A stretch of DNA of 64,000 bases. Source: an uncultured Candidatus Saccharibacteria bacterium (GTDB lineage: Bacteria > Patescibacteriota > UBA1384 > XYA2-FULL-43-10 > 1-14-0-10-43-13). The notes below the pieces were generated by a model, which saw only the letters and a program-made list of their open reading frames with translations, was not told the origin of the DNA and made no database searches. The translations under genes were made by a program, and so were the position numbers. Shown here in pieces: positions 52,955-63,708 of the stretch. Every line of letters begins with the position of its first letter. Positions within the stretch are counted from its first letter, which is position 1. The stretch lies in assembly GCA_964419835.1 (NCBI GenBank), contig CAYQPT010000002.1, positions 6,732-70,731 of the forward strand, in the 5' to 3' direction.

Positions 52955-54079
52955 TTATTTTAGTAGTATTTTTATTTCTTTTACTATCTGGTCTGCTCCA
53001 TCTTTAGGAAAAAGATTATAGGCATTTTTTCCCATTTCCTTCATCAGAGACCCATTCCCGAAAAGGCGGTCAATTTCCTGTACCAGATTTTTCTTTAAAC
53101 TTCTATCGTCCGCCATCACTATCGCCGCATTATTTTTTTCAAAATACTCTGCATTTTTTGTCTGATGATCAGAAGCAGCATATTTGTAAGGAATTACGAT
53201 CATTGGTTTGGACAAAGCAGCAATTTCCCCTAATGTAGTAGCACTCGCTCTGGTAATAATCAAATTTGATTGAAAAATAGCACTTAAAAGTAAACTTTTC
53301 CCGTCTCCCGCATCAGTCAGAAGATCTGAAATATAATAGGATTTCTTTTGCTCCTTGCTCAAGCTAGACCTTATCTCAATTGCCCTACTATAGTCAAGCT
53401 CCCCTACATGATGAATTAAATTATATTTACCCAACAATTCTGGAAGCGAAGAGAAAATCGCATTATTTATATTCCGCGCCCCCTGACTACCTCCCGTTAT
53501 AAATAACACCGGCTTACTTTTATCCAGATTGAAATCGTATAAATCATGACGAAAAAAATTTATCTCAGGACGAAGTATCTGTCCGGAAAAATACATTGCC
53601 TTCCGATATTTTTTTTGATAATACTCCTTGGGAAATCCAACAAATATTTTTTTTGCCCCAGACGCTGCAAACTCATTTGATTTGCCCATATAGATATCTG
53701 ACTCATGTATGCAATAAGGTATTTTTAAAACCTTAGCCCATAGAATAATTGGGAATGAAACATATCCCGCCTTGGAAAAAATTACTTTTGGCCTAACCCT
53801 TAATAAAAATAGAAGAGATTGTATTAATCCAATTAAAAGATATAAAAGCTGAAGTATATTGTTTAATGTTAGTGCTCTATGAAACTTACCGGTATATAGA
53901 ACATAATAGCCACCTATTTGGCAGTAGAATTTACGATCCAAATATGAGTTGCCTCCAACGACACAAATATCAAGGTCTTTATGATTCTGTATTAATTTTT
54001 TATATATATTTAGAATCGGAACAATATGACCGCCAGTTCCACCACCAACCAATAAAATTGTGTTGCTTCTTGTTTTCAT
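52955..54079 (-). CDS. murG: undecaprenyldiphospho-muramoylpentapeptide beta-N-acetylglucosaminyltransferase
   Basis: N-terminal GGGTGGHIVP. A GT28 C-terminal domain. Confidence 0.85.
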   Translation of the reverse strand: MKTRSNTILLVGGGTGGHIVPILNIYKKLIQNHKDLDICVVGGNSYLDRKFYCQIGGYYVLYTGKFHRALTLNNILQLLYLLIGLIQSLLFLLRVRPKVIFSKAGYVSFPIILWAKVLKIPYCIHESDIYMGKSNEFAASGAKKIFVGFPKEYYQKKYRKAMYFSGQILRPEINFFRHDLYDFNLDKSKPVLFITGGSQGARNINNAIFSSLPELLGKYNLIHHVGELDYSRAIEIRSSLSKEQKKSYYISDLLTDAGDGKSLLLSAIFQSNLIITRASATTLGEIAALSKPMIVIPYKYAASDHQTKNAEYFEKNNAAIVMADDRSLKKNLVQEIDRLFGNGSLMKEMGKNAYNLFPKDGADQIVKEIKILLK

Positions 54080-55212
54080 TTTGAAACGCTTTCCTTGTAT
54101 GAGGAAGTCATACCGCTTGTTTGGTTTTTAGAAATATTTACAAGCACTCCGACAGCAGCTAAAAGAATGATTAAGGACGAACCTCCGTAGCTAACAAATG
54201 GTAGCGGAACACCGGTCAGAGGCAATATTGAGAACATGGCGCCAATGTTGATAAACATCTGAGAAAGAAGCCAGGTTGTTATACCGGTTGCAACCATCCT
54301 AGAAAAAGTGTCCGGAGCATTTTTTGCAATTTTATATCCCCGAAAGGCTATGAAAGCGAAAATCAATATGACTAAAATCGCCCTCAAATACCCTAATTCT
54401 TCTGAAATAATGGCAAAAATCGAGTCAGTATGCGCCTCAGGCAAATAGAGATATTTTTGTTTGCTTTGGCCGAAACCCAATCCCAACCATCCGCCCGAAC
54501 CAATCGCGATCAAGGCATTCCTGATGTGATAACCAGCGCCCAAAGCGTTATCCTCTGGATTTAGAAAAGTCAGAAATCTTTGCAATCTGTATGGTTCAAT
54601 TTTTATAGCTAGCCAAAAAAGAAATCCCGTCAAACCGCCAGCGGCAAGAATTTGATATAAAGGCGCGCCAGCCACAGTAAATAGCGCAGCACCAATGCAG
54701 ATAATAACTGATAGCGTACCAAGATCCTTTTGCGCCAACATAAGGACAGAGACAGCACCCAAAATAGCCATAAAGGGCCAAAACATTTTTTTAATGGTGG
54801 ATAAATTTTCACCTTTGCTCGCCACCCAACCGGAAAGATAAAAAATAAGAGTTAGTTTTGCAACCTCAGCTGGCTGAAAAGAAAAAAACTTTAAGTCTAT
54901 CCACCTGCCCCCATTTTCTTCCTTGCCGAACAAAAGCGGTAAAATTAATAGAAAAAAAGTTGCTATCAACATCATGCTGGATTTTTTCTGCCAATACCGG
55001 AAGTCTATAGATTGAAAAAAAATCCATGTAAAGATCCCCAGAGCCACAAACATTAGTTGTTTTTTTAAATAAAGCTTATCGGTTGCATCATCTGTAATTT
55101 GAAGAGAGTAGTACTTAGACACCGAATAAATCATAATCAGCCCAAAAACAATTAGCGCAAAGACCGCCAAAGAGATCAAATAATCAGGTTTTGCCCTTCT
55201 TGTCTGGTTCAT
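54076..55212 (-). CDS. ftsW: SEDS-family peptidoglycan glycosyltransferase FtsW
   Basis: 378 aa, 10 TMs. It sits between murD and murG. Confidence 0.8.
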   Translation of the reverse strand: MNQTRRAKPDYLISLAVFALIVFGLIMIYSVSKYYSLQITDDATDKLYLKKQLMFVALGIFTWIFFQSIDFRYWQKKSSMMLIATFFLLILPLLFGKEENGGRWIDLKFFSFQPAEVAKLTLIFYLSGWVASKGENLSTIKKMFWPFMAILGAVSVLMLAQKDLGTLSVIICIGAALFTVAGAPLYQILAAGGLTGFLFWLAIKIEPYRLQRFLTFLNPEDNALGAGYHIRNALIAIGSGGWLGLGFGQSKQKYLYLPEAHTDSIFAIISEELGYLRAILVILIFAFIAFRGYKIAKNAPDTFSRMVATGITTWLLSQMFINIGAMFSILPLTGVPLPFVSYGGSSLIILLAAVGVLVNISKNQTSGMTSSYKESVSK

Positions 55213-56618
55213 CGTTTTTCTAGCTTTAAAACTGCATCCTTAAACTTCTCTCCTCGTTCTTTATAATTTTTGAACATCCCAAAACTAGCACATGCTGGCG
55301 ATAAAATTACAATTTCCCCGCTTTTTGCTTCAAAGGATGAGCTTTGAACGATCTCGTCAATATTTGTTTTTCCTTCCACAATCCTCCCTTTGAAGCCCGA
55401 TTCAATAAGAGCTGTTTTAATTTTTGATCCCTCGGGATCAATCAAAACCACAGAAGAGACATTTCCGGCAGCAATCTTTTGCGCCAACATTGAAAAGTCT
55501 GCCCCCTTACTACTTCCCCCTAAAATCAGTATTTTCGTCTGCGAAAATGAGTCAATAGCCGCAATTGTAGGATCAGGATTTGTGGCGTAAGAATCATTTA
55601 TATATTTAACCCCGCTAACTTCAGCTACAAATTCCAATCGATGAGGCAAACCGGAAAATTCTTTTACCGCTTCTTTAACAATTTCTGAATTAATGTTCAA
55701 CATATCTGCAACCAATGTGGCAGCCGCAATGTTTTCCAGATTATGCACACCGAAAAGTTTGATTTCACTTTGATCGCAAACTCTAATATTGCGTCCACTC
55801 GGATCAATCATTACTTCGTTATTGTTCGTGACAATAGCATCCGCTTCTTTGATTTTTGAAAAAAATTTCTTCTTCGATTTAGTGGTGTCCAACAATTCGA
55901 AAGAGAAAGTCGAATCGGCATTTAATACTGCAAAGTCGTCTTGCGTCTGGAACTTTAGTATATTGAATTTTGCAATTTGATATTCCGCAATATCACCATG
56001 ATAGTCCAGATGATCCTCACTCAAATTTGTTACTACGGCGATATGGGGAGGATGTTCTAAATCCAAGAGCTGAAAACTTGATAATTCCAAAATCACGATG
56101 TCGCTTTCCGAAAGATTTGGAATTAAAGTGATCGCCGGATAACCAATATTTCCAGCCAAATATACTTTTGATTTCTTTCCGATATTTTGCTTCTTTAATA
56201 TTTCAAAGATAAGTGAAGCCGTCGTCCCTTTTCCTTTAGTTCCAGTAACTCCGATTATTGGGCAAGGACAAAGTTCAAAGAAGAGTTTTATTTGACTCGA
56301 TATAAGAACTCCGGACTGCTCTGCCTTCTTAATCTTTTCATTAAAAGCAATTCCGGGGGAACGGAAAATGATATCAAAATCAGATAAATTACTAAGATAT
56401 TCCGGACCTAATGTTTTTTTTATACTTGAATTCTGATTTATTCTACCGAACTCTTCCTTCTCTTCACCTTCCAGCCGTTCAAAAATTTCTCCTTCAGAAA
56501 GTTTATCCAAAACAGTTAAACTTACAGATTTGTCGGATAGAAATTGAGCCAGCGCTAAACCTTCGATGCCAATTCCTAAAATAGCAACCCTTTTGTCATG
56601 CAAATTGAGCTTACTCAT
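55209..56618 (-). CDS. murD: UDP-N-acetylmuramoylalanine--D-glutamate ligase
   Basis: Mur ligase P-loop GVTGTKGKGTTASLI. N-terminal Rossmann-like domain. Confidence 0.85.
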   Translation of the reverse strand: MSKLNLHDKRVAILGIGIEGLALAQFLSDKSVSLTVLDKLSEGEIFERLEGEEKEEFGRINQNSSIKKTLGPEYLSNLSDFDIIFRSPGIAFNEKIKKAEQSGVLISSQIKLFFELCPCPIIGVTGTKGKGTTASLIFEILKKQNIGKKSKVYLAGNIGYPAITLIPNLSESDIVILELSSFQLLDLEHPPHIAVVTNLSEDHLDYHGDIAEYQIAKFNILKFQTQDDFAVLNADSTFSFELLDTTKSKKKFFSKIKEADAIVTNNNEVMIDPSGRNIRVCDQSEIKLFGVHNLENIAAATLVADMLNINSEIVKEAVKEFSGLPHRLEFVAEVSGVKYINDSYATNPDPTIAAIDSFSQTKILILGGSSKGADFSMLAQKIAAGNVSSVVLIDPEGSKIKTALIESGFKGRIVEGKTNIDEIVQSSSFEAKSGEIVILSPACASFGMFKNYKERGEKFKDAVLKLEKR

Positions 56619-56650
56619 AGTTTTATTTTAGATTAATTGAATAGATTTAT

Positions 56651-57670
56651 CTAGAGAGAACCCCTACCTACAATCGCCAATATCAGTCCTGCCACCGCCC
56701 CGACAGCACCTACAATCCAAAAACGCATGGTTATTTTATACTCGGGCCAGCCAATAGCTTCTAAATGATGGTGGAGCGGAGAAGAAAGAAAAATCTTTTT
56801 TCCTCGTAGTTTTTTTGAAGCAAATTGAATAAGAAAGCTAAGTCCTTCAATAAAGAAAACCAGAGTAATTAATGGAAGGGCTATGACAGTATTAGTTAAA
56901 AACGCAACCACGCCCAGCGTCATTCCAAGCGACATACTTCCTGTGTCTCCCATAAAAAACCTTGCCGGGGGAATATTGAACCATAGAAATGCTAAGAGAG
57001 CCCCCATGACTGTAGCACAAAATCCTGCCAAACCGGTTTTTCCTTCGACCAAAGCTATAATAGCGTAAGCTCCATATGCCAAGGCGAAAATCCCTCCTGC
57101 TAGTCCGTCCAATCCATCTGTTTCGTTTGACGCGAAAGCCATCCAAATCAACCCAAAAATAAATAATGGTACATACCAAGCTCCGATCACATAATCACCC
57201 ATATTTGGAACATGAATTGAGTTCCAACCCAGTTTAGAATAAAACCACCAGGCACCAACAGCAGCAATTACTGCATAAAGAAGGAATTTTTGCCGAAAAC
57301 GCATTCCTCCACCATTGGGACCGATACCTTTTACGTTCCACAAATCATCCACTAAGCCAACTATTCCAACCGAAATAAGGCAAAAAAGAGGCAGCCATGT
57401 TGCTGATCGATCAAGGTTAAAAATGAAAGTCAGCACCGCCACCGTAACCCAAATCAATATTCCTCCCATAGTTGGAGTTCCGGCTTTTTTTTCATGCAAT
57501 TTAGCCATAATCGGAGCAGATTTACTATCCCTTATTCTTTTGCCGAGTTTGTTTTTATATAAAAAATTTGTTAGGAGTGGTGTCCAGAGCACTGCAATCA
57601 CAAATGCTAACAACGCCAACCAAAACATCTTTGTAAGCTCGCTCGTCGAAATTTTCAGAATCTCCATCAT
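56651..57670 (-). CDS. mraY: phospho-N-acetylmuramoyl-pentapeptide transferase
   Basis: Polytopic. The conserved motifs include NETDGLDGLAGG. Confidence 0.9.
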   Translation of the reverse strand: MMEILKISTSELTKMFWLALLAFVIAVLWTPLLTNFLYKNKLGKRIRDSKSAPIMAKLHEKKAGTPTMGGILIWVTVAVLTFIFNLDRSATWLPLFCLISVGIVGLVDDLWNVKGIGPNGGGMRFRQKFLLYAVIAAVGAWWFYSKLGWNSIHVPNMGDYVIGAWYVPLFIFGLIWMAFASNETDGLDGLAGGIFALAYGAYAIIALVEGKTGLAGFCATVMGALLAFLWFNIPPARFFMGDTGSMSLGMTLGVVAFLTNTVIALPLITLVFFIEGLSFLIQFASKKLRGKKIFLSSPLHHHLEAIGWPEYKITMRFWIVGAVGAVAGLILAIVGRGSL

Positions 57671-57694
57671 TGTGCTCCTATCAATAAAATATTT

Positions 57695-58954
57695 TTACTT
57701 CTTCCCTTTCCAATCGCTTCCTTGCCTAACAAGCATTTTACCAGCATCTGCTCCATTTTTCATCAACTTTTTTACAATTTCTTCCAAAAAATTATTGTTT
57801 TGCGAAGCTTTTACCAGTATTAGGTCGTCTTTTTTAATAATTTTTTGGAGATCAACAGCCAAATCATTTCTCGAGGCAAATGCGAAGCTATCCTTCATTC
57901 CGTAAGCTTCCTGCATCACTCCCGCATTTTTTCCGACAAAAACAGCAAGATCACATTTTCCTATTAAAAATCGGGCAAGCTCACGATGAGCATCTTTCTC
58001 ATGTTCACCAAGCTCATTCATATTACCCAAAATGGCTACTTTTCTGTGTTGATATTTAACTTCATTTAAAAAAGCAACTGCCATTTTTGCTGAAGCAGGA
58101 TTGGAATTATATGTATCGTCAAGAATCACTGTATTATTTTTTCCTTCAACTACATTCAATCTTCCGGGAAGGGGATGCATTTTTTCCAAAGATTTACTGG
58201 CTTCCACCAACGGCATCTTCATTAAATCGGCCAGAGCAATTGAAAACATTTGAGCATACACCATCTGGTTGCCCAGAAGCTTTGATTTAACAGAGAGTTT
58301 ATATCCTGTTTTACAAATCCGGTAATCGGTTCCGAGGAGTGAAAGTTGAATGCTTTCAGCCCTGTATTGCGATTTTATATTTTCTATCCCAACTGAAATA
58401 ATGTTGTCATTACTTATCTTGGAAAGATTTGGATCGTCATAATTAAGAATGGCCTTCCCGCCCTCCTTGAGACAGCCAATGATAGATATTTTTTCTTCTC
58501 GGTATTTATCTACATTCTGAAAATTTACCACATGCGCTGGTGAAGTTGAGGTAATAACAGCGATATCCGGCTCTACGATAGAGCAAAAGTATTTAATATC
58601 GCCTAAATGTTCTACTCCCATTTCCAAAACCAAGTATTTGGGATAAATTTTCGGGTTGGTTCTAAATTTTGCTAATAACAAAAATATCGGCCACATTATT
58701 TTATTTGGCAAGCTCTCATATCCAAGTATGGTTAAAGGAATGCCAATTTCCGCATTTAAATTACCATAGTTCTTCCTGACATCTTCTCCATACTTGTCAT
58801 GCAAGACCTGATAAATTGCCTCTTTGGTACTGGTTTTGCCAACCGATCCGGTAACTGCGATCACAAATGGATTGTGTTTTGCAATCACTTTTCGGGCATA
58901 AGAAGCGAGCACCTTATAAATTATTTTAAGAAAAATATTTTTCATGAAATCCAA
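57695..58954 (-). CDS. murF: UDP-N-acetylmuramoyl-tripeptide--D-alanyl-D-alanine ligase
   Basis: Mur ligase P-loop VTGSVGKTSTKE. It lies immediately downstream of ftsI with no murE in between. Confidence 0.85.
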   Translation of the reverse strand: MDFMKNIFLKIIYKVLASYARKVIAKHNPFVIAVTGSVGKTSTKEAIYQVLHDKYGEDVRKNYGNLNAEIGIPLTILGYESLPNKIMWPIFLLLAKFRTNPKIYPKYLVLEMGVEHLGDIKYFCSIVEPDIAVITSTSPAHVVNFQNVDKYREEKISIIGCLKEGGKAILNYDDPNLSKISNDNIISVGIENIKSQYRAESIQLSLLGTDYRICKTGYKLSVKSKLLGNQMVYAQMFSIALADLMKMPLVEASKSLEKMHPLPGRLNVVEGKNNTVILDDTYNSNPASAKMAVAFLNEVKYQHRKVAILGNMNELGEHEKDAHRELARFLIGKCDLAVFVGKNAGVMQEAYGMKDSFAFASRNDLAVDLQKIIKKDDLILVKASQNNNFLEEIVKKLMKNGADAGKMLVRQGSDWKGKK

Positions 58955-58957
58955 TTT

Positions 58958-60712
58958 TTATTGTATGGGCCTTGTCGGCGTTTCCCTATAATAATAATTT
59001 AACAAAAATGAGGCAATTTCGCCAAATACAGGAGCGGCAGTGTCTTCTGCATACCTATTAGTTTTGGGTTTGTCTAACTTAACAAGCATAGCGAATCTTG
59101 GGTTATCAGTTGGAGCAAATCCAGCTAAAGAGTGGATAAATATCCCGAGTCCCGATTCACTCTCTTCATAACCGCCTTCCGGTTTTGGTATCTGCGCCGT
59201 GCCTGTCTTGGCTCCAATTTTAAAACCGGGAACTTTCGCTTTCTTACTATGACCATTTTCAACCACATTAAACAGCATCTCAGCCATCGTTGAGGCAGTT
59301 TCCGGCTTAATTATCTGTTCACCCTCTTGTGTCTCGACTTTTTTTTCTGTTCCATCTGCAAATACCATTTTATCAACGATATGCGGATAAACATACTTTC
59401 CCTTGTTGCCAATCGCCGCATAAGCCGCCACAAGCTCTATTGGCGACACTGAAATACCTTGACCAAAAGAAATCGTCGCTCGGTGAATGTCGCGCCAGTT
59501 TTTCAATGCCGGAGCATATCCTGAAACCTCCGAATCGAGATCTATACCCGTTTTATTTAAGAAATTAAATCCATCTATGTATTTATACATGTTTTCTTTC
59601 CCAAGCTGTTCACCAATCCAGACCATTGCAACATTGTCAGAATTCTGAAGCACTTGAGTCATGTTTTCCTCTCCGAACGCTTTTCTTTCCGCAGTTTTTA
59701 TCTCGTAGTTCTGGACAAATACATGCCAGTCAAAAGTATTTTTTGTTTCAGGGGTAATTACACCTTGATCAAGCGCTGCCGACATAATAATCGGCTTAAA
59801 AATGCTTCCCGGCTCGTACAAGTGAGCAATCGCTGGATTAACAAAAACCCCCGGATTGCTTTTTGCTGCATCCTGAAAGACATTTGGATCATAGGTCGGT
59901 GAACTTGCCATTGCGACAATACCGCCCGTCTTAGTATCCATTACAGCAATCGTACCGGAGTCTGCCTGAAACTTTTGAATCGCTTCATTCAATTTCTTTT
60001 CGACAAAGAATTGGACCGATCTATCGATTGTTAACACATAACTTGTTCCATCTTTTGGATCCTTTTGATCAAGCAAGTTAATAACTCTCCCCAAAGTGTC
60101 TTTCTCCCCTGTGATATTACCAGCCGTTCCCGTGAGTTCGCTATTGTAATGCCCCTCAAAACCATACTGGCCTTTCCCATCTGAATTCACAAACCCAAGT
60201 AACTGTGATGCCAACTGACCCTCGGGGTAATACCTACTATATTCAGGCATTACAAAAACACCTACAATTTTCTGGTCCTTAATTTTTGTTGCCTCATCCA
60301 AAGATAAACCTCTCTTGATTGGAGGGATATAGAGCTTATCATTATCTATCTTGTCAAAAATATCTTTTGACGGCATACCAAGAGGCCCTTCAAGCAGTTT
60401 TGCCGTTTCCTCCTTTTTTGATATCTGATGAGGAACAAGCCAGACGGCAAACTTTTTGACATCGAAAGCCAATGTATAATAGTCATTTGGATCAGAAAAA
60501 GAGTCATGGACCAAAACTTTTCCGCGCTGAGCCATCTCAACTTTCTCGAATCTCTGTTGTCCTTGGGCCAAGGCAATATAGTGATCATGCTTTATAATTT
60601 GAATATCAAACATCCTCCAGCACAAAACCAGAGCAACTAACACGACAATAACGCCCATAGCTCTGAGGCGTCTCTCGATTGTCCCTTTATATTCCAGCAT
60701 ATTGAAGCTCAC
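58958..60712 (-). CDS. ftsI: peptidoglycan D,D-transpeptidase FtsI (class B PBP)
   Basis: N-terminal TM. A PBP dimerisation domain. SxxK (GSIFKPI), SxN (NSDNVAM) and KTG (AKTGTA). Confidence 0.8.
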   Translation of the reverse strand: MSFNMLEYKGTIERRLRAMGVIVVLVALVLCWRMFDIQIIKHDHYIALAQGQQRFEKVEMAQRGKVLVHDSFSDPNDYYTLAFDVKKFAVWLVPHQISKKEETAKLLEGPLGMPSKDIFDKIDNDKLYIPPIKRGLSLDEATKIKDQKIVGVFVMPEYSRYYPEGQLASQLLGFVNSDGKGQYGFEGHYNSELTGTAGNITGEKDTLGRVINLLDQKDPKDGTSYVLTIDRSVQFFVEKKLNEAIQKFQADSGTIAVMDTKTGGIVAMASSPTYDPNVFQDAAKSNPGVFVNPAIAHLYEPGSIFKPIIMSAALDQGVITPETKNTFDWHVFVQNYEIKTAERKAFGEENMTQVLQNSDNVAMVWIGEQLGKENMYKYIDGFNFLNKTGIDLDSEVSGYAPALKNWRDIHRATISFGQGISVSPIELVAAYAAIGNKGKYVYPHIVDKMVFADGTEKKVETQEGEQIIKPETASTMAEMLFNVVENGHSKKAKVPGFKIGAKTGTAQIPKPEGGYEESESGLGIFIHSLAGFAPTDNPRFAMLVKLDKPKTNRYAEDTAAPVFGEIASFLLNYYYRETPTRPIQ

Positions 60713-60874
60713 ACGGGCTTTTGACCGTGAAATCTCTTTTAAATGATCTCGTAACCTATTTTAATGAGCTGAAATCCGTCGCAGCAAAATTAGCACAAAT
60801 ATTTCCGGCCACTCGGATCCTTGAGTTTTGCTCAAGGAATTTTGCGGAGGCGGACAAGGCCATTATATTATTGT

Positions 60875-61249
60875 TCAGTTTGAGGTTGCAACAGGAGCTG
60901 GCGAATTTATATGGTCTACGGTTGTTCCCGGCTCCAGCACAGCAGTTTGCTCCGGTTTCACTACCCCCGCATCAATTTCCTTTAATGACTGCAATCTTGT
61001 TTGTTCAACAGATAAACGCTCCTTTTCCATCTCAAGCTGTGTTTTTTTGTCATCTAATGCCCCGACCTTCACACTTCTGTTCGCACCGGCGGTCGATTGA
61101 GTCAAATAAACTAGTGCTAGAATTGCAAAAATTGCGATAGCCACAAATTTTATTGCATTCGGTCCGATAACAATTTCACGTCCAATAGTTTTTTTTCTAA
61201 CTCCGGCCAGATTGTGGCTACTATTTGTGATTGTCAGAACTCTACCCAT
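60875..61249 (-). CDS. FtsL/DivIC-like septum formation initiator (start moved to the ATG with an RBS)
   Basis: RBS GGAGGAA precedes the ATG at 61249. A single TM (FVAIAIFAILALVYL) is followed by a coiled coil (KKTQLEMEKERLSVEQTRLQSLKE). The position between mraZ and ftsI fits. The track N-terminal extension (to 61483) has no RBS and is non-conserved. Confidence 0.45.
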   Translation of the reverse strand: MGRVLTITNSSHNLAGVRKKTIGREIVIGPNAIKFVAIAIFAILALVYLTQSTAGANRSVKVGALDDKKTQLEMEKERLSVEQTRLQSLKEIDAGVVKPEQTAVLEPGTTVDHINSPAPVATSN

Positions 61250-61555
61250 TTTCCTCCTGCCAATAATTAACAAAATCAGGAATCGAATCTTCCATAAATC
61301 AGTAGCCAACTTGTTTGTTTTTTTAAACCCTAACCAAGTTTTTGTTTTCGAGCACAACTTTTTACAATAGTCGCGAGATCCCTCCGAAGCGAAGTTTCGT
61401 TTGTGAACCCATAGGTTTCGAGACGAACCTGAGCGAAGGGGGATGAGCGCAACACCTCTCCTTTGTTTGCTCCGATGAACCATCGGAGCCCTCCTCCGTG
61501 AATTTTTTGTTGGCTACTTATTTTTGGAAAATTTTAAAGTACGATCTGATAAACT

Positions 61556-61987
61556 TTAGAAACCGATTTCAGAAAGCTGCTCTGCAATCTCTTCTGAATT
61601 GTCTTCCATTTCCTTCTTAAACTCGCCCCATTTGTCTTCCGGCCAAATCTCCAACCTGTTATACATACCGGCAACAATAACCTTGTTTTTAACTCCGGCG
61701 TATTCCTTCAGATAATTGGGCAAATTGATTCTTCCTAGCTTGTCTAGCTTTAAATCCATTGCTCCTGAAAGCATTAATCTTGAGAAACTTCTGGCATTTT
61801 TTTGAGTTATGGGAAGGTTTGCCAAGCTCTCCGCAATTTTCTGCCATTCATTCGTCGGATAAAGCCAAAGGCAATGATCCAATCCTCTGGTTACAATGCA
61901 TCCTTCAGAAAGAGAAGCCCTAAACTTTGCCGGAACCGATAAGCGCCCCTTTTCATCAATTGTGTATGAATATTCACCGATAAACAT
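61556..61987 (-). CDS. mraZ: transcriptional regulator MraZ
   Basis: 143 aa. Two MraZ repeats with the DxxxR motifs (DEKGRLSVP; DKLGRINLP). Confidence 0.85.
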   Translation of the reverse strand: MFIGEYSYTIDEKGRLSVPAKFRASLSEGCIVTRGLDHCLWLYPTNEWQKIAESLANLPITQKNARSFSRLMLSGAMDLKLDKLGRINLPNYLKEYAGVKNKVIVAGMYNRLEIWPEDKWGEFKKEMEDNSEEIAEQLSEIGF

Positions 61988-62251
61988 GTTATTAGGGTTA
62001 GCTTATTAGATTTTTTTGTGTTTGTTTTAGATCTTTTTATTTTGAGAGGGCATTATTTTCCACTTTTACCCACTTTGTCCCACTAATTACCAGTTTAGAG
62101 CTAAGTCACCTTTCGGTCAACACCACCCTTCACCACAAATTTGTGGACAACAATAACAAACACCAGTTTAAATAGTTCAGAACTTAATAATTATAAAAAA
62201 ATCAGCCCAATTTTGGGGCTGATTTTTTTAAGAATTTATATAGAATTACAT

Positions 62252-63613
62252 TTACTTCAATTGACTTGAAATATGGTCCACGATTTTAGAAATATCAATT
62301 CGTTCTTGTTTCATGGTATCGCGGTCCCGGATAGTAACTGTTTTGTCCTTTATCGAATCAAAATCAACTGTAATACACCAAGGCGTACCGATTTCATCCT
62401 GTCGGCGATATCGCTTCCCTACCGAGCCACTTTCATCATAATAAGTATGAATTCCCGCCTTTCGTAAATTTCCAGCAATTTCTTTTGCGATCTCGGGCAT
62501 CCCTTCCTTCTTCATCAGCGGAAAAACCGCTACCTTGACCGGAGCTAGCTTTGGGTGCAAGTGAAGTGTAACTTCACCCTCTGCCCTGCCATCCTTACCA
62601 TCTGACTCATCGTAGGCGTCAACCAAGAAGGCCAAAGCGGCTCGGTCTATACCCATTGACGGCTCAACTACATATGGAGTCAATTTTTCCCCTCCGCCAG
62701 CTGGCGGATCATCATTAAAGTATTCAAGGTTGTGCGCCTTTAAGTCAAAATCAGTTCTCTGAGCGATTCCTGCCAGTTCCGATACACCGAAGGGAAAACT
62801 ATATTCAATGTCGCTTGTACCGGCAGAGTAATGAGATAATTCTTCTTTTGCATGTTCTCGAATTGAAATATTTTCTTTGTTTATGCCGAGACTGGTATAG
62901 AAGCTTTCGACTTCTTTAATCCAAAATTCATACCACTTTTTCGATTCCTCTTTGTCCGGCTTTATGAAAAATTCAATTTCGGCTTGTTCAAATTCGCGAG
63001 TGCGGAAGATGAAGTTCCCTGGGGTAATTTCATTTCTAAAGGCCTTGCCTATCTGAGCAATACCAAAGGGCAATTTTACTCGGTTGGATTGCATTACATT
63101 TTGGAAGTTAATAAATATGCCTTGTGCAGTTTCCGGTCGCAAATAAGCAACCGAGGCCGAGTCTTCACTAACACCAATGAAAGTTTTAAACATCAAATTA
63201 AAGTTTTTGGCTTCAGTAAACTCGTGTTCTTCCGCGCCCTTACAATAAAGCATCTCTTTCTGTTCTGAAGTTTTGTTCTCCGATGTCTTTGCCCCTTCTA
63301 CATGGTCAGCGCGAAAACGCTTGTGACATTTTTTACATTCAACCAACGGGTCTGAAAAAGATTTTAAGTGGCCACTCGCCTCCCAGACTTTTGGGTTTTG
63401 GATAATGGCTGAATCAAGCCCAACCATGTCGTCCCGCTCTGTTACAAATTTTTGCCACCAAACATCTTTAATATTTTTCTTTAGTTGCGCGCCAAGCGGA
63501 CCGTAATCAAAAGAATTGGCAAAACCGCCGTAAATTTCCGAAGAGGGAAAAACAAATCCTCGCCTCTTGCAAAGTGAGATTATTTTTTCCATTTGATTAT
63601 TTTTCTCAGCCAT
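62252..63613 (-). CDS. glyQS: glycine--tRNA ligase (dimeric class II type)
   Basis: 453 aa. N-terminal RRGFVFPSSEIYGG. A class II core. A C-terminal anticodon-binding domain. Confidence 0.9.
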   Translation of the reverse strand: MAEKNNQMEKIISLCKRRGFVFPSSEIYGGFANSFDYGPLGAQLKKNIKDVWWQKFVTERDDMVGLDSAIIQNPKVWEASGHLKSFSDPLVECKKCHKRFRADHVEGAKTSENKTSEQKEMLYCKGAEEHEFTEAKNFNLMFKTFIGVSEDSASVAYLRPETAQGIFINFQNVMQSNRVKLPFGIAQIGKAFRNEITPGNFIFRTREFEQAEIEFFIKPDKEESKKWYEFWIKEVESFYTSLGINKENISIREHAKEELSHYSAGTSDIEYSFPFGVSELAGIAQRTDFDLKAHNLEYFNDDPPAGGGEKLTPYVVEPSMGIDRAALAFLVDAYDESDGKDGRAEGEVTLHLHPKLAPVKVAVFPLMKKEGMPEIAKEIAGNLRKAGIHTYYDESGSVGKRYRRQDEIGTPWCITVDFDSIKDKTVTIRDRDTMKQERIDISKIVDHISSQLK

Positions 63614-63708
63614 AATATTCCTTAAGCGCTTATTTACTTATTCACTTACAACTTACTACTTATCCATCTTACTCTACAATTTTTTACTCTTTTTTTCAAT
63701 GACAAACG

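Noticed and set aside
61250-61483. N-terminal 78-codon extension of the FtsL-like ORF
   Set aside because: The extension is Arg/Lys-rich, not conserved and has no RBS. An RBS plus ATG lies at 61249, directly before the TM segment.
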